From contig OY761159.2 in the NCBI GenBank assembly GCA_963664395.2, positions 4,704,001-4,768,000 on the forward strand: a stretch of 64,000 bases of DNA, given 5' to 3'. Positions 47,276 through 58,998 of the stretch are shown here, one piece after another. The notes below the pieces were generated by a model. That model was given only the letters and a program-made list of their open reading frames with translations, was not told where the DNA came from and searched no databases. Position numbers and translations under genes: made by a program. The stretch comes from Candidatus Binatia bacterium (lineage in GTDB: Bacteria; Desulfobacterota; Binatia; Bin18). Positions within the stretch are counted from its first letter, which is position 1. Each line of letters starts with the position of its first letter.

Positions 47276-48961
47276 TCAGACCCGCCGAGGGCGCACTGGC
47301 TCAGACGCAATGGATTGCGACTGTGATGTGGAACGCCGTCCAGCCCGCTTTGTATCCTTTTGCAGCTTGAACTCCATACTATCCACGAGTGCCTGCCAGC
47401 TTGCCTCTATGACATTATGGGACACCCCAACGGTGCCCCAGCGATCGGTTTTGTCACCGGATTCAATCAGGACCCGAACCGTGGCGCTGGTCCCCTCGCC
47501 CGCGCCCAGGACACGGACTTTATAGTCATGCAATTCGACAGATTCGAGCTGGGGGTAGAACTGCGTGAGGGCTTTACGCAGAGCCCGGTCAAGCGCATTG
47601 ACGGGTCCATTGCCCTGAGCCGCGGTATGCGCGATCTGGCCGTCTGGTCCTTCTACCATAATGGTGGCCTCGGAGAGCGGCGGCTCATCTTCCTTGCGTT
47701 TTTCGTCTATCACCCGAAACCCGATGAGACGAAAATGGCGGACCGCGCCATTCAGGGCTTTGCGCATTAAGAGTTCAAATGAAGCCTCGGCCCCTTCATA
47801 CTGAAAACCCGAGTGCTCAAGCTGCTTTACTTCATCCAGAATAGTCCTGAGCGCGGGATCAGTGCTCTCCACATCCAGGCCGAACTCTTTGGCTTTGTAG
47901 ATGAGGTTGCTCCGCCCGGACAGGTCGGAGACAAGCACGCGCTGGATATTCCCAATGAGTTCCGGGTCGATGTGTTCATAGGTCTCACTATTTTTCCGGA
48001 CCGCGGCGACATGCAGCCCCCCCTTGTGCGCAAAGGCGCTCACGCCGACGTAGGCCTGACGTTTATTGGGCTCAATATTGGCCAACTCATACACCAGGCG
48101 AGAGAGCTGGGGTAATTGCGTGAGTTGGTGCGGACTGACACAGCGGTAGCCCATCTTGAGCTGCAAATTGGGAATCACGGAACACAGGTTGGCATTGCCA
48201 CACCGCTCGCCAAAGCCATTGATCGTGCCCTGGACCTGGACGGCCCCACCTTCAACCCCGGCGAGCGAGTTTGCCACGGCTAATTCACAGTCGTTGTGAC
48301 AGTGAATGCCAAGTTTCGCATCGACCGCTTGAGAGGCCGCCTGCATGCCCGCACGAATTTCGTGCGGCATGCTCCCGCCGCGCGTATCGCATAATACAAG
48401 GACATCCGCTCCGGCTTGCGCCGCGGCGGTGAGGCATTCCAGCGCATAGCTTGGGTTGGCTTTGAAGCCGTCAAAGAAGTGTTCTGCATCAAAAATGATT
48501 TCATCCACCCGCTGTTTGAGATAGGCGATCGAATCGCCTATCACTTCCACGTTGGCCTTTTTTGAGATGCGCAGATCATCCCGCACGTGAAGATCCCAGG
48601 TCTTGCCAACAATGGTCACCACCGGGGTAGCGGCCTGTACGAGCAAACGAATATTAAAGTCGTCCGCGGCTGTATTATTCGCCCGGCGGGTAGAACCAAA
48701 GGCGGCAATCCGGGCACGTTTCAGTCCCACCTTTTTAATCGCCTTAAAAAATTCTTCGTCGCGGGGATTCGAGCCTGGCCAGCCGCCCTCAATGTATTGC
48801 AGACCGAAGGCATCCAGCTCTTCGGCGATGCGTAATTTATCATCCAGGGTGAGCGAAACATCTTCAGACTGACACCCGTCCCGTAAAGTTGTGTCGTACA
48901 AAGCGATCTTGGTAGTCTTGGTGATCTTGGGCATCTTGGCGGTCTTGGGCATCTTTTTCAT
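47276..48961 (-). CDS. cimA: Citramalate synthase
   Basis: [62 protein letters not shown]. Confidence 0.92.
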   Translation of the reverse strand: MKKMPKTAKMPKITKTTKIALYDTTLRDGCQSEDVSLTLDDKLRIAEELDAFGLQYIEGGWPGSNPRDEEFFKAIKKVGLKRARIAAFGSTRRANNTAADDFNIRLLVQAATPVVTIVGKTWDLHVRDDLRISKKANVEVIGDSIAYLKQRVDEIIFDAEHFFDGFKANPSYALECLTAAAQAGADVLVLCDTRGGSMPHEIRAGMQAASQAVDAKLGIHCHNDCELAVANSLAGVEGGAVQVQGTINGFGERCGNANLCSVIPNLQLKMGYRCVSPHQLTQLPQLSRLVYELANIEPNKRQAYVGVSAFAHKGGLHVAAVRKNSETYEHIDPELIGNIQRVLVSDLSGRSNLIYKAKEFGLDVESTDPALRTILDEVKQLEHSGFQYEGAEASFELLMRKALNGAVRHFRLIGFRVIDEKRKEDEPPLSEATIMVEGPDGQIAHTAAQGNGPVNALDRALRKALTQFYPQLESVELHDYKVRVLGAGEGTSATVRVLIESGDKTDRWGTVGVSHNVIEASWQALVDSMEFKLQKDTKRAGRRSTSQSQSIASEPVRPRRV

Positions 48962-49008
48962 AACACTCTTATACGCTCCTCACCGTATTCTCTGCACGCA
49001 GCGTTTGA

Positions 49009-50223
49009 CTAGGCCGATGGGATAAACGCATCGTGCAGCACCCGAACGGCCAGCTCGGCATACTTGGCGGCAATCACAATAGAGATTTTAATCTCCGAGG
49101 TTGAAATCATCTGAATGTTGATCCCCTCTGCGGCTAACACTTCAAACATGTGGGAGGCCACACCAGCGTGGCTGCGCATGCCCAGCCCGACAATCGAGAC
49201 CTTGGCGACTTCGGAGTCATAGACAACATCCCCTGCCCCGATCTCCAGCGCGGCACTTTTGACTCGTTCAAGGGCCTTAGGCACATCCCCGCGTGGTATC
49301 GTAAATGTGACATCGGTTTTTTCATCTTCGCTGGCATTCTGGATGATCATATCCACAACAATATTGTCTTGCGCAATGGGCGTGAACAGCTTGGCGGCTA
49401 ATCCTGGCCGGTCAGGCACCCGCATAAGGGTAATTTTCGCCTGATCCAAATCAGACGTGACGCCCGAGACAATCACATCTTCCATGCTTTGATCCTCCTG
49501 CACTAACCACGTCCCTTCGTCGTGCGAAAAGCTTGAGCGGACATGAACAGGCACCTGATAGCGCTTGGCAAGTTCTACTGAGCGGATTTGGAGCACTTTT
49601 GCACCCAAACTGGCGAGTTCAAGCATCTCCTCATAGGAGATGCGCTCCAGTTTATGGGCATGGGGACAAATGCGCGGGTCGGCACTATACACCCCGTCGA
49701 CATCGGTATAGATCTCGCAGACATCAGCCTGTGTTGCCGCTGCAATAGCAACCGCAGTCGTGTCCGAGCCTCCTCGGCCCAAGGTCGTGATATTCTGCTG
49801 TGCATTAATGCCCTGGAAACCGGCAATAACAACAATATTGCCCTCCTTCAGCGCATTCAATAGGCGCGACGTCTGGACGTGCCTGATCCGCGCCCGGCCA
49901 TAGGCGTCATCGGTTTCGATTTGCACCTGATGGCCAAGGAGAGATACAGCCGGAGCGCCCATCTCTTTGAGCGCCATGGCAAGCAGGGCAATCGTTACCT
50001 GTTCACCGGTTGAAACAAGAACGTCGCTCTCACGTGCATCAGGCTGCTCGGCAATCTGCCGCGCGAGGTTCAGCAAGCGGTTTGTTTCACCACTCATGGC
50101 AGACAGCACGACCGTGACCTGATGGCCCGCCGCGCGCGTGGCAGCCACACGCGCGGCGACCTCTTGGATCCGGTCAATCGATCCGACCGAAGTTCCGCCA
50201 TATTTCTGGACAATCAACATCAA
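49009..50223 (-). CDS. lysC: Aspartate kinase
   Basis: [30 protein letters not shown], two ACT domains, STSEIKIS. Confidence 0.96.
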   Translation of the reverse strand: MMLIVQKYGGTSVGSIDRIQEVAARVAATRAAGHQVTVVLSAMSGETNRLLNLARQIAEQPDARESDVLVSTGEQVTIALLAMALKEMGAPAVSLLGHQVQIETDDAYGRARIRHVQTSRLLNALKEGNIVVIAGFQGINAQQNITTLGRGGSDTTAVAIAAATQADVCEIYTDVDGVYSADPRICPHAHKLERISYEEMLELASLGAKVLQIRSVELAKRYQVPVHVRSSFSHDEGTWLVQEDQSMEDVIVSGVTSDLDQAKITLMRVPDRPGLAAKLFTPIAQDNIVVDMIIQNASEDEKTDVTFTIPRGDVPKALERVKSAALEIGAGDVVYDSEVAKVSIVGLGMRSHAGVASHMFEVLAAEGINIQMISTSEIKISIVIAAKYAELAVRVLHDAFIPSA

Positions 50224-50238
50224 CGCTCGCTACTCTCT

Positions 50239-50712
50239 CTATAGATTAGATAGGTGGGCAACCAGCTGCTCATACCGTTCCCCGTACGGAGTAAGGATCA
50301 CAGTGCGCGCGTCCCCCTCCCCACACTCGATCGAAAGCAGCAGGTATTCTTCTATCAAATCGCGCACATCGTTCGACAGAAACGGAAACCATTCAATGAC
50401 GGCAACACCTTGCCCGAAAAGATACTCCTCATACCCTAATTCTTCGACCTCCACCCCCTCAAGCCGGTAGAGATCAATATGGTAGAGTGGTATTCTCCCC
50501 CTATAATGCTCAGCCACAAGAGTAAAGGTGGGGCTGGTAACGGTTTCGGGTGCAATACCGAGTCCGGCCGCTATGCCTTTCGCCATACACGTTTTGCCCG
50601 CGCCCAAATCGCCACACAGCCCGAGGACCATTCCAGGGGTCAGGAACCGCCCGAGCTGGCGCCCAATAGATACCGTCTCTTCAGCCGAGGATGTCTGAAT
50701 AATATGCGGCAT
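50239..50712 (-). CDS. tsaE: tRNA threonylcarbamoyladenosine biosynthesis ATPase
   Basis: [25 protein letters not shown]. Confidence 0.93.
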   Translation of the reverse strand: MPHIIQTSSAEETVSIGRQLGRFLTPGMVLGLCGDLGAGKTCMAKGIAAGLGIAPETVTSPTFTLVAEHYRGRIPLYHIDLYRLEGVEVEELGYEEYLFGQGVAVIEWFPFLSNDVRDLIEEYLLLSIECGEGDARTVILTPYGERYEQLVAHLSNL

Positions 50713-52273
50713 ACGGATCGACTTGGCCGGTCTGGTATAGGACACGCAGGGTGTCCGGAAGAGTGTCAATAACGTCGCGCGCCAGCATACCCGCCTCACC
50801 ATGCTGTTGGGCAAAGATATCGGCGGCAGCACCGTGCAGAAACACGCCGAGACAACACGCCTCGTCAGGAGCATACCCTTGGGCCAGCAAGCCACCGATA
50901 ATGCCGGACAAGACATCACCCATTCCACCACTGGCCATACCGGGATTCCCGGTCGGGTTGAGCCAGGTACGGCCGTCAGGGGCAGCGATAATGCTACGGG
51001 CGCCCTTGAGGACGAGGTAACAACCGTACCGAGTTGCAAAACTGCGAGCGACATCCAGGCGATTGGCTTGAATGTCTGTGGTCGGCATGGCGGCGAGCCG
51101 AGACATTTCTCCTGGGTGGGGAGTGAGCACGACCGGCACCGTGGCCGTTTTCAGCATGGCCACCTGAGAGGCAACACAGTTCAGCCCATCGGCATCTATC
51201 AGAAGGGGCACCTGACTCTTTTTGAGTAGCCAGCGTGCCATACGTTTCGTTTCAACAGATACGCCGATGCCAGGTCCAAAAGCGACGGCGCTTTTCCCAT
51301 TCAGAGCTTGGCTTAATACACGCTCATCCAGTTTCAGGCTCCCATCCGCACGCTCGGGCTGAGGGGCAGTCATGGCTTCAAGCAAAACGGAAGAAAATAC
51401 TGGAACGAGTCCTTGTGGACCGGCTAACGTGACCAGTCCGGTTCCGGTCCGTAAGGCGGCAGAGGCGCTTAATAAGGCCGCGCCGCTTTTGCCGCGCGCG
51501 CCGGCAAGGACAAGCAAGTGGCCAAAATCTCCCTTATGCGATTCGGGGTGACGCACGCGTATCTGCCTCCCCACTTCGTGTCGTGTCAACAAGTGCGTTT
51601 GGGGCGCAACCTCGGTCAGCGCTTGCGGGGCAATCCCGATATCGACACAGGCGAGTTGTCCGACATGCGCCGTCCCAGGATAGAGCACCTGACCGAGCTT
51701 GGGATAGCCAAATGTCACCGTCACCGCCGCCTCAACAACACGCCCTCCGGGCTGTCCGGAATCGGCATTCAAACCGGACGGAATATCTACTGACACGATG
51801 GGAACGCCGCGGGCATTCATGCCGGCGATAAGCGCGGCATGAATGCCCGTCACTGCGGTATTCAGTCCAGTCCCAAGAAGGGCGTCAACGATCACCTCAC
51901 ACCGTTCCAGTCGTTTCTCGGCAGCGGGCAACTGCTCAATTGATATGACTTCTTCCACTTGCCCTCTCAGCCGTAAGAACGCCTGCAAATTCCGCTTGGC
52001 ATCGCCGCGCACATCTTTCTTTTTGGCAGCAAGAATCACCGCACACGCTATTCCCTGCTTTTTCAGCAACCGCGCAATAACAAAACCGTCGCCACCATTA
52101 TTGCCTTTGCCAGCGACCACGACAGCCCGGTTGGGCCTCTGCTGAAAAAAATCGAGCAGGACCTGCGTCGCCCCGATGCCGGCACGTTCCATCAGGACAT
52201 GGCCGGGGGTACCATATTTCTCGATTGTGAGCCGATCAAGCTCACGCATCTGAGCGGCGGTGACGAGATACAT
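50681..52273 (-). CDS. nnr: Bifunctional NAD(P)H-hydrate epimerase/dehydratase
   Basis: LMERAG, GKGNNGGDG, DALLGTG, DIPSG, HKG.FG, DADGLN, TPHPGE, GGMGDVL. Confidence 0.95.
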   Translation of the reverse strand: MYLVTAAQMRELDRLTIEKYGTPGHVLMERAGIGATQVLLDFFQQRPNRAVVVAGKGNNGGDGFVIARLLKKQGIACAVILAAKKKDVRGDAKRNLQAFLRLRGQVEEVISIEQLPAAEKRLERCEVIVDALLGTGLNTAVTGIHAALIAGMNARGVPIVSVDIPSGLNADSGQPGGRVVEAAVTVTFGYPKLGQVLYPGTAHVGQLACVDIGIAPQALTEVAPQTHLLTRHEVGRQIRVRHPESHKGDFGHLLVLAGARGKSGAALLSASAALRTGTGLVTLAGPQGLVPVFSSVLLEAMTAPQPERADGSLKLDERVLSQALNGKSAVAFGPGIGVSVETKRMARWLLKKSQVPLLIDADGLNCVASQVAMLKTATVPVVLTPHPGEMSRLAAMPTTDIQANRLDVARSFATRYGCYLVLKGARSIIAAPDGRTWLNPTGNPGMASGGMGDVLSGIIGGLLAQGYAPDEACCLGVFLHGAAADIFAQQHGEAGMLARDVIDTLPDTLRVLYQTGQVDPYAAYYSDILG

Positions 52274-52285
52274 GGGACTCTGCGC

Positions 52286-53671
52286 TTAGGCAGCCTCACC
52301 TGTTCCAAGGTGGGTCCGCACGGCGTCGGCGACTTCCTCGCCATAGGCGCGTACAACGCTTTCGTCTTCACCTTCCACCATGACCCGTAGCAACGGCTCA
52401 GTACCGGAATAGCGGACTAAGAGACGGCCGTTCTCACCCAGTTTGTCAGTGACCTGCCGCATCACTTGTGACACCGGTTCGATTGTGTGTAAATCCTGTC
52501 GTTCTCGGACGCGAACGTTAATGAGTACTTGGGGATAGCGCCGCACGAGTTGTCGGAGCTCTGAGAGTGGCTGCTGCTTCTGGACGAGAATCGCGAGCAG
52601 AGAAAGAAAGGTGACAATGCCATCGCCCGTTGTATTCATATCCAAGAAGATAATATGTCCGGATTGTTCGCCACCGAGGCGATATCCCCCGCGGAGCATC
52701 TCTTCGACAACATACCGGTCACCAACTGGGGTTCGGACCAGTTTGCCACCCATCTGACGCAGCGCAACCTCAAGGCCCAGATTGCTCATCACGGTAGCCA
52801 CTACCGTCTTGTGGGGCAGCGTGCTCTTCTGTATGCGCTCTTGGGCGGCAATAGCCAGAATGGCATCTCCATCAACGATTTCTCCGGTCTCGTCAACAAG
52901 AATGGCGCGGTCCGCGTCTCCGTCCAGGCTGATGCCGATATGGGCGCCGTGCTTACGGACAAGCTGCTGGACATGCTGTGGATACATCGCGCCGCAGTCG
53001 AGGTTGATATTTTTACCATTCGGCTCTGTCCCTCTCGTAATCACCTCAGCCCCAAGCTCGGCTAACACATCTGGAGCGACTTTATAGGCAGCCCCATTGG
53101 CACAGTCGATCACGACCTTTATGCCGTCCAGCGTGAGATGGCGCGGAAAGGCATTTTTCACAAACACGTTATAGCGGCCAAGGGCATCATCAATGCGGAC
53201 CGCTTTTCCGACGGACTCGGCTGTGGGACGCCCGTCGTCAGTTTTGTGACTCAGAACCAACTCGGCGATCTGATCCTCCACTGCATCAGGCAGCTTGAGC
53301 CCATCGCGTGAGAATATTTTGATGCCATTATCCTGGAACGGATTATGCGAGGCAGAAATGACTACACCAGCATCCGCTCTCAGGCTGCGGGTGAGAAAGG
53401 CTATTCCTGGTGTTGGCACCGGGCCAACGAGCAGGACATCTCCGCCCATAGAGCACACGCCGGACGCGAGTGCCGTCTCCAGCATATAGCCTGATAAGCG
53501 GGTATCTTTGCCTATGAGGATTTTGTGCTGACCGGGACGGTCCCGGAAGACGGAGGTTAATGCTCGACCAACGCGGAGGGCGGTGTCCGACGTAATCGGC
53601 TCAATATTGGCCACACCGCGAATCCCGTCCGTACCGAATAGCCTCGTTTTCCGTGCTCCATTGAGCGGCAT
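52286..53671 (-). CDS. glmM: Phosphoglucosamine mutase
   Basis: [43 protein letters not shown]. Confidence 0.96.
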   Translation of the reverse strand: MPLNGARKTRLFGTDGIRGVANIEPITSDTALRVGRALTSVFRDRPGQHKILIGKDTRLSGYMLETALASGVCSMGGDVLLVGPVPTPGIAFLTRSLRADAGVVISASHNPFQDNGIKIFSRDGLKLPDAVEDQIAELVLSHKTDDGRPTAESVGKAVRIDDALGRYNVFVKNAFPRHLTLDGIKVVIDCANGAAYKVAPDVLAELGAEVITRGTEPNGKNINLDCGAMYPQHVQQLVRKHGAHIGISLDGDADRAILVDETGEIVDGDAILAIAAQERIQKSTLPHKTVVATVMSNLGLEVALRQMGGKLVRTPVGDRYVVEEMLRGGYRLGGEQSGHIIFLDMNTTGDGIVTFLSLLAILVQKQQPLSELRQLVRRYPQVLINVRVRERQDLHTIEPVSQVMRQVTDKLGENGRLLVRYSGTEPLLRVMVEGEDESVVRAYGEEVADAVRTHLGTGEAA

Positions 53672-53846
53672 TCTGATGCTCCTCTCCTACAAAAAACTGG
53701 TGACGCCGCTGTCAAAAAGAAAAAAGGAGGAGGGTCTGCATTGCGGTGTACCCTTTTTGCCGCCTACCCTTTATTAGTACCGTCAATCAAGCGCCGAATG
53801 CGTTGGAATGCGCGGAGGGGAAAGTCTGGACGACTGACTACGCTGA

Positions 53847-55685
53847 CTACGCGCCTGTGGGCTCTGGGTCAATTTCAACGTTGAATTGTTTCAGTATCCC
53901 GTCGATCTCGGGTCCGTCCAAGGCTTCTTTTTCCAGCAGGACTTCAGCTATCTTGTGCAAAATTTCAACATGCGTCTGGAGCAGCTCCTTTGCCTGTTCA
54001 AAGGCGCCCTTAATAATGTTGCGGACCTCAGTATCGATCTCAATGGCCGTATTTTCAGAATAGTCTCTGGGCTGGGTGATATCCCGTCCCAAGAATATCT
54101 GTTCTTCCTTTTTCCCAAAAGTCATGGGACCAAGACGTTCGCTCATGCCCCACTCGCATACCATGCGTCGAGCCAAGTCAGTCGCCTTTTCAAGATCGTC
54201 CCCAGCCCCGGTTGTGGTATGACCAAGGACCAGCTCTTCAGCCACGCGACCGCCAAACATGATGGCCAGGCGTTTCAAAATATAATCTTTTGAAAAGGTG
54301 TGGCGATCATCAACGGGAAGCTGTTGAGTCACGCCCAAAGCCATACCGCGCGGAATGATCGTGACCTTATGAACCGGGTCTGTCCCCGGAGTTAATCGGG
54401 CAACCAAGGCATGGCCGGCCTCGTGGTAGGCCGTATTGCGTCGCTCATCAAGGCTGAGAATCATACTTCGGCGTTCGGCGCCCATGAGGACCTTATCCTT
54501 GGACAGCTCGAAGTCATCCATTTCGACTTTATCTTTATCTTTGCGAGCCGCCAGCAGCGCGGCCTCATTCACCAGGTTTTCAAGGTCAGCGCCTGAAAAT
54601 CCCGGTGTTCCCCGAGCGAGTTGGGAGACGTCAACCTTGTCATCCATGGGTACACGCCGCGTATGGACGTTGAGGATTTCCTCTCGACCTCGGACGTCCG
54701 GTGAAGGAACAATAACACGCCGGTCAAATCGTCCAGGGCGCAGCAATGCCGGGTCAAGGACGTCCGGACGGTTGGTCGCCGCGATCAGAATCACGCCCTC
54801 GTTCGCTTCAAAACCATCCATCTCCACAAGGAGTTGGTTTAAGGTCTGCTCGCGTTCATCGTGCCCGCCACCGAGGCCGGCACCTCGATGGCGCCCGACC
54901 GCATCAATCTCATCAATAAAGATGATACACGGCGCTTGCTTTTTCCCTTGAATGAAGAGATCGCGGACGCGCGAGGCCCCGACCCCAACAAACATCTCAA
55001 CAAAGTCAGAGCCACTGATCGAGAAGAACGGGACACTCGCTTCTCCGGCAATCGCCCGGGCGAGTAAGGTTTTCCCGGTTCCGGGTGAACCAACCAACAA
55101 CACCCCTTTGGGGATGCGCCCCCCCAAACGCGTGAACTTTTTGGGGTCTTTGAGAAAGGCGATAATTTCTTCAAGCTCTTGTTTAGGCTCTTCCACGCCC
55201 GCAACATCACTGAAAGTGACTCGATGTTGATTTTCCGTCAGGAGTTTGGCCCGGCTCTTCCCAAAAGACATCGCCTTGCCACCGCCCATTTGCATCTGGC
55301 GCATAAAGAAGATCCAGACTCCGATGAGGAGCAACATCGGAAACCACTGAATCAGGATGGTGATATACCAGGGATCGCCTTCTTCCGGGCGCGCCGCCAC
55401 CCGTACCCCCTTGTCGCGCAGCGTTCGCATGAGATCGGGGTCGTCGCTGGGAGCGTAGGTCTTAAAGAGGTCATCATTGCGAAATCTCCCGCGAATGACC
55501 TGGCCCTGAATGACGATCTCAGAGACTTCACCTTTTTCTACTGCCGTAAAAAAGTCGCTAAAGACAACGTCGGGTTCTCTGGGTTTCTGGCGATTGAACA
55601 GATTGAACATGAACAGAAATATCACCCCGAGAACCAACCATAGTGCGAGATTAGAAGAAACCTTATTCACTCCGTCACCTTTCAC
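53847..55685 (-). CDS. ftsH: ATP-dependent zinc metalloprotease FtsH
   Basis: Two TM helices, [38 protein letters not shown]. Confidence 0.98.
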   Translation of the reverse strand: MKGDGVNKVSSNLALWLVLGVIFLFMFNLFNRQKPREPDVVFSDFFTAVEKGEVSEIVIQGQVIRGRFRNDDLFKTYAPSDDPDLMRTLRDKGVRVAARPEEGDPWYITILIQWFPMLLLIGVWIFFMRQMQMGGGKAMSFGKSRAKLLTENQHRVTFSDVAGVEEPKQELEEIIAFLKDPKKFTRLGGRIPKGVLLVGSPGTGKTLLARAIAGEASVPFFSISGSDFVEMFVGVGASRVRDLFIQGKKQAPCIIFIDEIDAVGRHRGAGLGGGHDEREQTLNQLLVEMDGFEANEGVILIAATNRPDVLDPALLRPGRFDRRVIVPSPDVRGREEILNVHTRRVPMDDKVDVSQLARGTPGFSGADLENLVNEAALLAARKDKDKVEMDDFELSKDKVLMGAERRSMILSLDERRNTAYHEAGHALVARLTPGTDPVHKVTIIPRGMALGVTQQLPVDDRHTFSKDYILKRLAIMFGGRVAEELVLGHTTTGAGDDLEKATDLARRMVCEWGMSERLGPMTFGKKEEQIFLGRDITQPRDYSENTAIEIDTEVRNIIKGAFEQAKELLQTHVEILHKIAEVLLEKEALDGPEIDGILKQFNVEIDPEPTGA

Positions 55686-55712
55686 CTGTGCGGATCTACC
55701 GTACCATAGTTC

Positions 55713-57098
55713 CTAATCGACCGGCAACGGGTTGACATGCAGCCGGTAGACTCGCCGGGTAGCCACCGTCACGGTTGCAATATTGCCTCTGACACAACCT
55801 GGGATCCACGCAATCTCACCATTAATTTCGACCACAGGAAATCCTGGACGGAGCGATTGTGGAATTTTTGTATCAACAAAGACATCCTGGACTTTCTTAT
55901 GTCCTCGCATACCTAAGGGGTGAATACGATCCCCTGCACGGGAATTTCGTACAATACACTTGTACTCCGTGCTGGAGATATCGCAATCGAAGCAGGCGGA
56001 CCAGAGATCCGAACACCGAGCCGCACTCAGATCGCCTTTCCATTCGAGGGCGGAAGAAACGGTCAGGTTCCACCGGGAAGCTAATCGCCAGCTCTGCCCA
56101 GCCTGCAAGGCATACTGGTAGCCTCGCTCCGTTCCCCCTCCTGGTCGTTGGGTCTGGAGAATCAGACGCGGCCCCTCACGAACGACGGACTTCCGGCCTG
56201 GAAGCTGAACCGTACCCTGGATTTTTCCTTCACTTAATTCTCTCAAACGGAGCAGGTGGGCAGTCTTCACATCCTGCACGTGTCCCTCAACCCACTGGCG
56301 GAGAATGCGCAGCCGTACTGCTGAGGGCTCTTTGTTCAATGTGAGGAGAGACAAGGTGTCGTCCTGTTCTGTGAGACGCGGGCGGGCGCGTGTGGCCAGT
56401 CCTTCGAGCCAGTCCTCCTCTTCTCGTGTTGTCTCAGCCAAAGAAGCCAGATGACGACGGATTTGCGGAGAAAATTCCTGTTCCAAAAAAGGCAGGAGGA
56501 TGTGTCGAATCTTATTCCGCGTAAAGCGCACCTCAGCGTTACTTGGATCTGTGACATAGGACAGCTTCTTTTCCTTTGTATAGACCTCGATTTCACGTCG
56601 TGAGCAATTGAGCAAAGGCCGGATCAGCCATTCTTCTCTTAGAGGTGGAATGCCGGCCAATCCCCGCCGAGCGCTCCCACGTATGATATGAAAGAGTACT
56701 GTCTCGGCTTGATCATCTAAGGTATGTGCTGTGGCAACGTAGTCGAGAGGCATGTCCTCTCGACTACGTTGAAAAAAAGCATAGCGGGCCTCCCGCGCCC
56801 AGGCCTCAAGACCGGTCTGCGGACGCGGAGGCTGGAGCTTTTCGACCCTAAGCGGCACCTGCCATTCCTGACACAAGGCTTGCACCAAGGCTTGCTCCCC
56901 CTCAGATTCGGGACGGAGACCATGATTGACGTGAAGCGCGGTCAGGCGATACCCCCGCAACGGAGCAATCGCTATCAGGGCGGAGAGCAGCGCTACTGAA
57001 TCAGGGCCACCGGAACATGCCACTCCAATACGCCGCCCGGACGTGTCCGGTAACATTTTTTGGAGAGAAGCCCAAAGCTTGTGCTCAAGGTGCAGCAT
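55713..57098 (-). CDS. tilS: tRNA(Ile)-lysidine synthetase
   Basis: SGGPDS, HVNHGLR, AR..RY, AH..DDQAET, RPLL, D.SN, RN.IR. Confidence 0.95.
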   Translation of the reverse strand: MLHLEHKLWASLQKMLPDTSGRRIGVACSGGPDSVALLSALIAIAPLRGYRLTALHVNHGLRPESEGEQALVQALCQEWQVPLRVEKLQPPRPQTGLEAWAREARYAFFQRSREDMPLDYVATAHTLDDQAETVLFHIIRGSARRGLAGIPPLREEWLIRPLLNCSRREIEVYTKEKKLSYVTDPSNAEVRFTRNKIRHILLPFLEQEFSPQIRRHLASLAETTREEEDWLEGLATRARPRLTEQDDTLSLLTLNKEPSAVRLRILRQWVEGHVQDVKTAHLLRLRELSEGKIQGTVQLPGRKSVVREGPRLILQTQRPGGGTERGYQYALQAGQSWRLASRWNLTVSSALEWKGDLSAARCSDLWSACFDCDISSTEYKCIVRNSRAGDRIHPLGMRGHKKVQDVFVDTKIPQSLRPGFPVVEINGEIAWIPGCVRGNIATVTVATRRVYRLHVNPLPVD

Positions 57099-57107
57099 GC
57101 GTCTGAA

Positions 57108-57140
57108 ATAAAAAAGGCGCTCCTATGGAACGCCCTTTTG
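57108..57140 (-). terminator. Putative intrinsic (possibly bidirectional) terminator
   Basis: aaaaaaggcg-ctcctatggaa-cgcccttttg. Confidence 0.55.
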
Positions 57141-57181
57141 TGTCGGTCTCTCAATCACAGTCTATTCAGTTGGCCTGTTCT

Positions 57182-57289
57182 CTACCCATCGCCCTTTGAA
57201 TTCCGCAGCACTACGGCGACGCTAGAAACGAGCGCAAAGAGCACGCCAATCCCCGCTATTATCTGCATAAATATCGCGAGTGGGTCCAT
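57182..57289 (-). CDS. 35-aa single-TM microprotein
   Basis: AGGAG RBS, then MDPLAIFMQIIAGIGVLFALVSSVAVVLRNSKGDG-TAG, followed by a terminator. Confidence 0.6.
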   Translation of the reverse strand: MDPLAIFMQIIAGIGVLFALVSSVAVVLRNSKGDG

Positions 57290-57346
57290 GTCAAACTCCT
57301 TATTGACGGCATTTTCTCCAGCCGCCGCTTTGGGATCGATACAGCG

Positions 57347-57420
57347 TAGCGGCGGGCGGACTTGAACCGCCGACCTAGGGATTATGAGACCCTCGCTCTA
57401 GCCACCTGAGCTACGCCGCC
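57347..57420 (-). tRNA. tRNA-Met (CAT), probably elongator; CCA not encoded
   Basis: GGCGGCGTAGCTCAGGTGGCTAGAGC...CTCATAA...GGTTCAAGTCC...CGCCGCTA cloverleaf. Confidence 0.93.
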
Positions 57421-57493
57421 ACGAAGTGTTAAACCCGGCAGTTCAGGGAAAGTCAAGAGCAGGCCCAAACATGTGAGGAGGCCGAGCACGCTT

Positions 57494-58216
57494 TCACTTC
57501 TTCTTCCAATACTCACTCACATCGGTCATCACTACCCGTTGGCTGCCACGTTCAATCTGGAAGAGCTTTTTCTCCGTGATTTCCAGACAGGTCAATTTTC
57601 CGCCATAGACGAGGCCGGTATCAATCCCGATTTTATACGGGAGGTCAAAACCAACTTCTCGTTGGGGGGTATGCCCGAAGACCACCGTATACGGCAGATC
57701 GTGCGGGTGAGCAAAAAAAGCCTCACGAATCCACAGCATATCTTCCGCTCCCTGGTCCTCCAGGCTGTAGCCTGGATTGATCCCGGCATGCACACATAAA
57801 ATAGCCTCGGCCGGCAGATAAAGCTGAAGATTCAGAAAAAAATCTCGATGGGCGTCGGGCATGAGCGCCGCAACCTCGCGGCCCGGAGTCCATGGATCAC
57901 ACTGATAGCTGGCAAGGGTATGTTGTCCGCCGTTCATCAGGAAGGACTGGCCGTATAAGCCGTCATAGCCCAAAAAGTCGAGAAACATATCTTCGTGATT
58001 GCCTTTGAGAAACGTGCAGTGACACACCTCAGCCGTCTTCATCCCCAAGAGCAGATCAACAACGGCCTTGGCATTCGGCCCACGGTCAATATAGTCACCC
58101 AAGCACACTAGGTGGTCTTCGGGCTGTAACGACAGCGCGGTGAGGAGGGTCTCAAGTTCCGCTGGACAGGCATGGATATCACCCACAATACAAAATCGAC
58201 CGGGTGGCTCGACCAC
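57494..58216 (-). CDS. Metallophosphoesterase (PphA-like Ser/Thr phosphatase family)
   Basis: GDIH, LGDYIDRG, GNHE, VHAG, FGHTP, IDTG. Confidence 0.92.
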   Translation of the reverse strand: MVEPPGRFCIVGDIHACPAELETLLTALSLQPEDHLVCLGDYIDRGPNAKAVVDLLLGMKTAEVCHCTFLKGNHEDMFLDFLGYDGLYGQSFLMNGGQHTLASYQCDPWTPGREVAALMPDAHRDFFLNLQLYLPAEAILCVHAGINPGYSLEDQGAEDMLWIREAFFAHPHDLPYTVVFGHTPQREVGFDLPYKIGIDTGLVYGGKLTCLEITEKKLFQIERGSQRVVMTDVSEYWKKK

Positions 58217-58227
58217 AGCACCTCCTT

Positions 58228-58998
58228 CTATCGTCCAATGTAGACAGGGTCGCGTTTCTCACGAAACGCGCGAATACCTTCTTTCACATCCTCGGACTGG
58301 AGCAGTTTTCGCTGCGCTGCCATTTCAGCGGTCAGCACGTCTCCCAGGCCGGCTCCCAAAGCAGCATGTATGGACGATTTGATCGCCGCGAGTGCCAGGG
58401 GAGCATTCTTTGCTAAACGCGTGGCATATTCCGAGACCTGCTCTCGAAAATTGTTTCCCGTGAGAATGCGGTTTACCAATCCCATATTGGCCGCTTCCGC
58501 CGCATCGACCATATCTCCGCTGAGGGCTATCTCCATGCCGCGCAGGCCGACCAGACGAGGGAGGAAATAGCTTGCACCACCGTCAATCGTCAGTCCACGT
58601 TTCACAAAAATCAGGGAAAAACGCGCAGACGGCGAAGCCAAACGGATATCAGAAGCCAACGCCAATGAGCAGCCGTATCCGGTGGCAACCCCGTCAACTG
58701 CTGCAATCACAGGTTTGGGCAGATTCCAGATCGTACGAATCACTGCGTTAAAGCCGTCCTCGGTCAGTTCTTCCCCGGGAGTTGTCGGACGTGAGGGAGC
58801 AGCCAGTAAATCCGCGCCGGATGAAAAGGCACCGCCGGCCCCAGTCAACACAACGAGGCGGGTATCATCCCCTGCGCTTTCGGCCAACGCGGCCTTCAGG
58901 GCATAGATGGTATCCCGGTCAAGCGCGTTCCGACGCTCGGGCCGATTGATCGTGAGCCAGCGGACTTGGTGGTATTCTTCGTTCAAGACAACATCCAT
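58228..58998 (-). CDS. Enoyl-CoA hydratase/isomerase family
   Basis: NRPERRNAL, GAFSSGADL, KPVIAAVDG.A.G.G, EGIRAF.EKR.P. Confidence 0.92.
   Translation of the reverse strand: MDVVLNEEYHQVRWLTINRPERRNALDRDTIYALKAALAESAGDDTRLVVLTGAGGAFSSGADLLAAPSRPTTPGEELTEDGFNAVIRTIWNLPKPVIAAVDGVATGYGCSLALASDIRLASPSARFSLIFVKRGLTIDGGASYFLPRLVGLRGMEIALSGDMVDAAEAANMGLVNRILTGNNFREQVSEYATRLAKNAPLALAAIKSSIHAALGAGLGDVLTAEMAAQRKLLQSEDVKEGIRAFREKRDPVYIGR

Noticed and set aside
57347-57420. tRNA(CAT) next to tilS as tRNA-Ile2, the TilS substrate
   Set aside because: The acceptor stem GGCGGCG fits elongator tRNA-Met and lacks the C4/C5 pattern of Ile2; a tRNAscan-SE isotype model would settle it.
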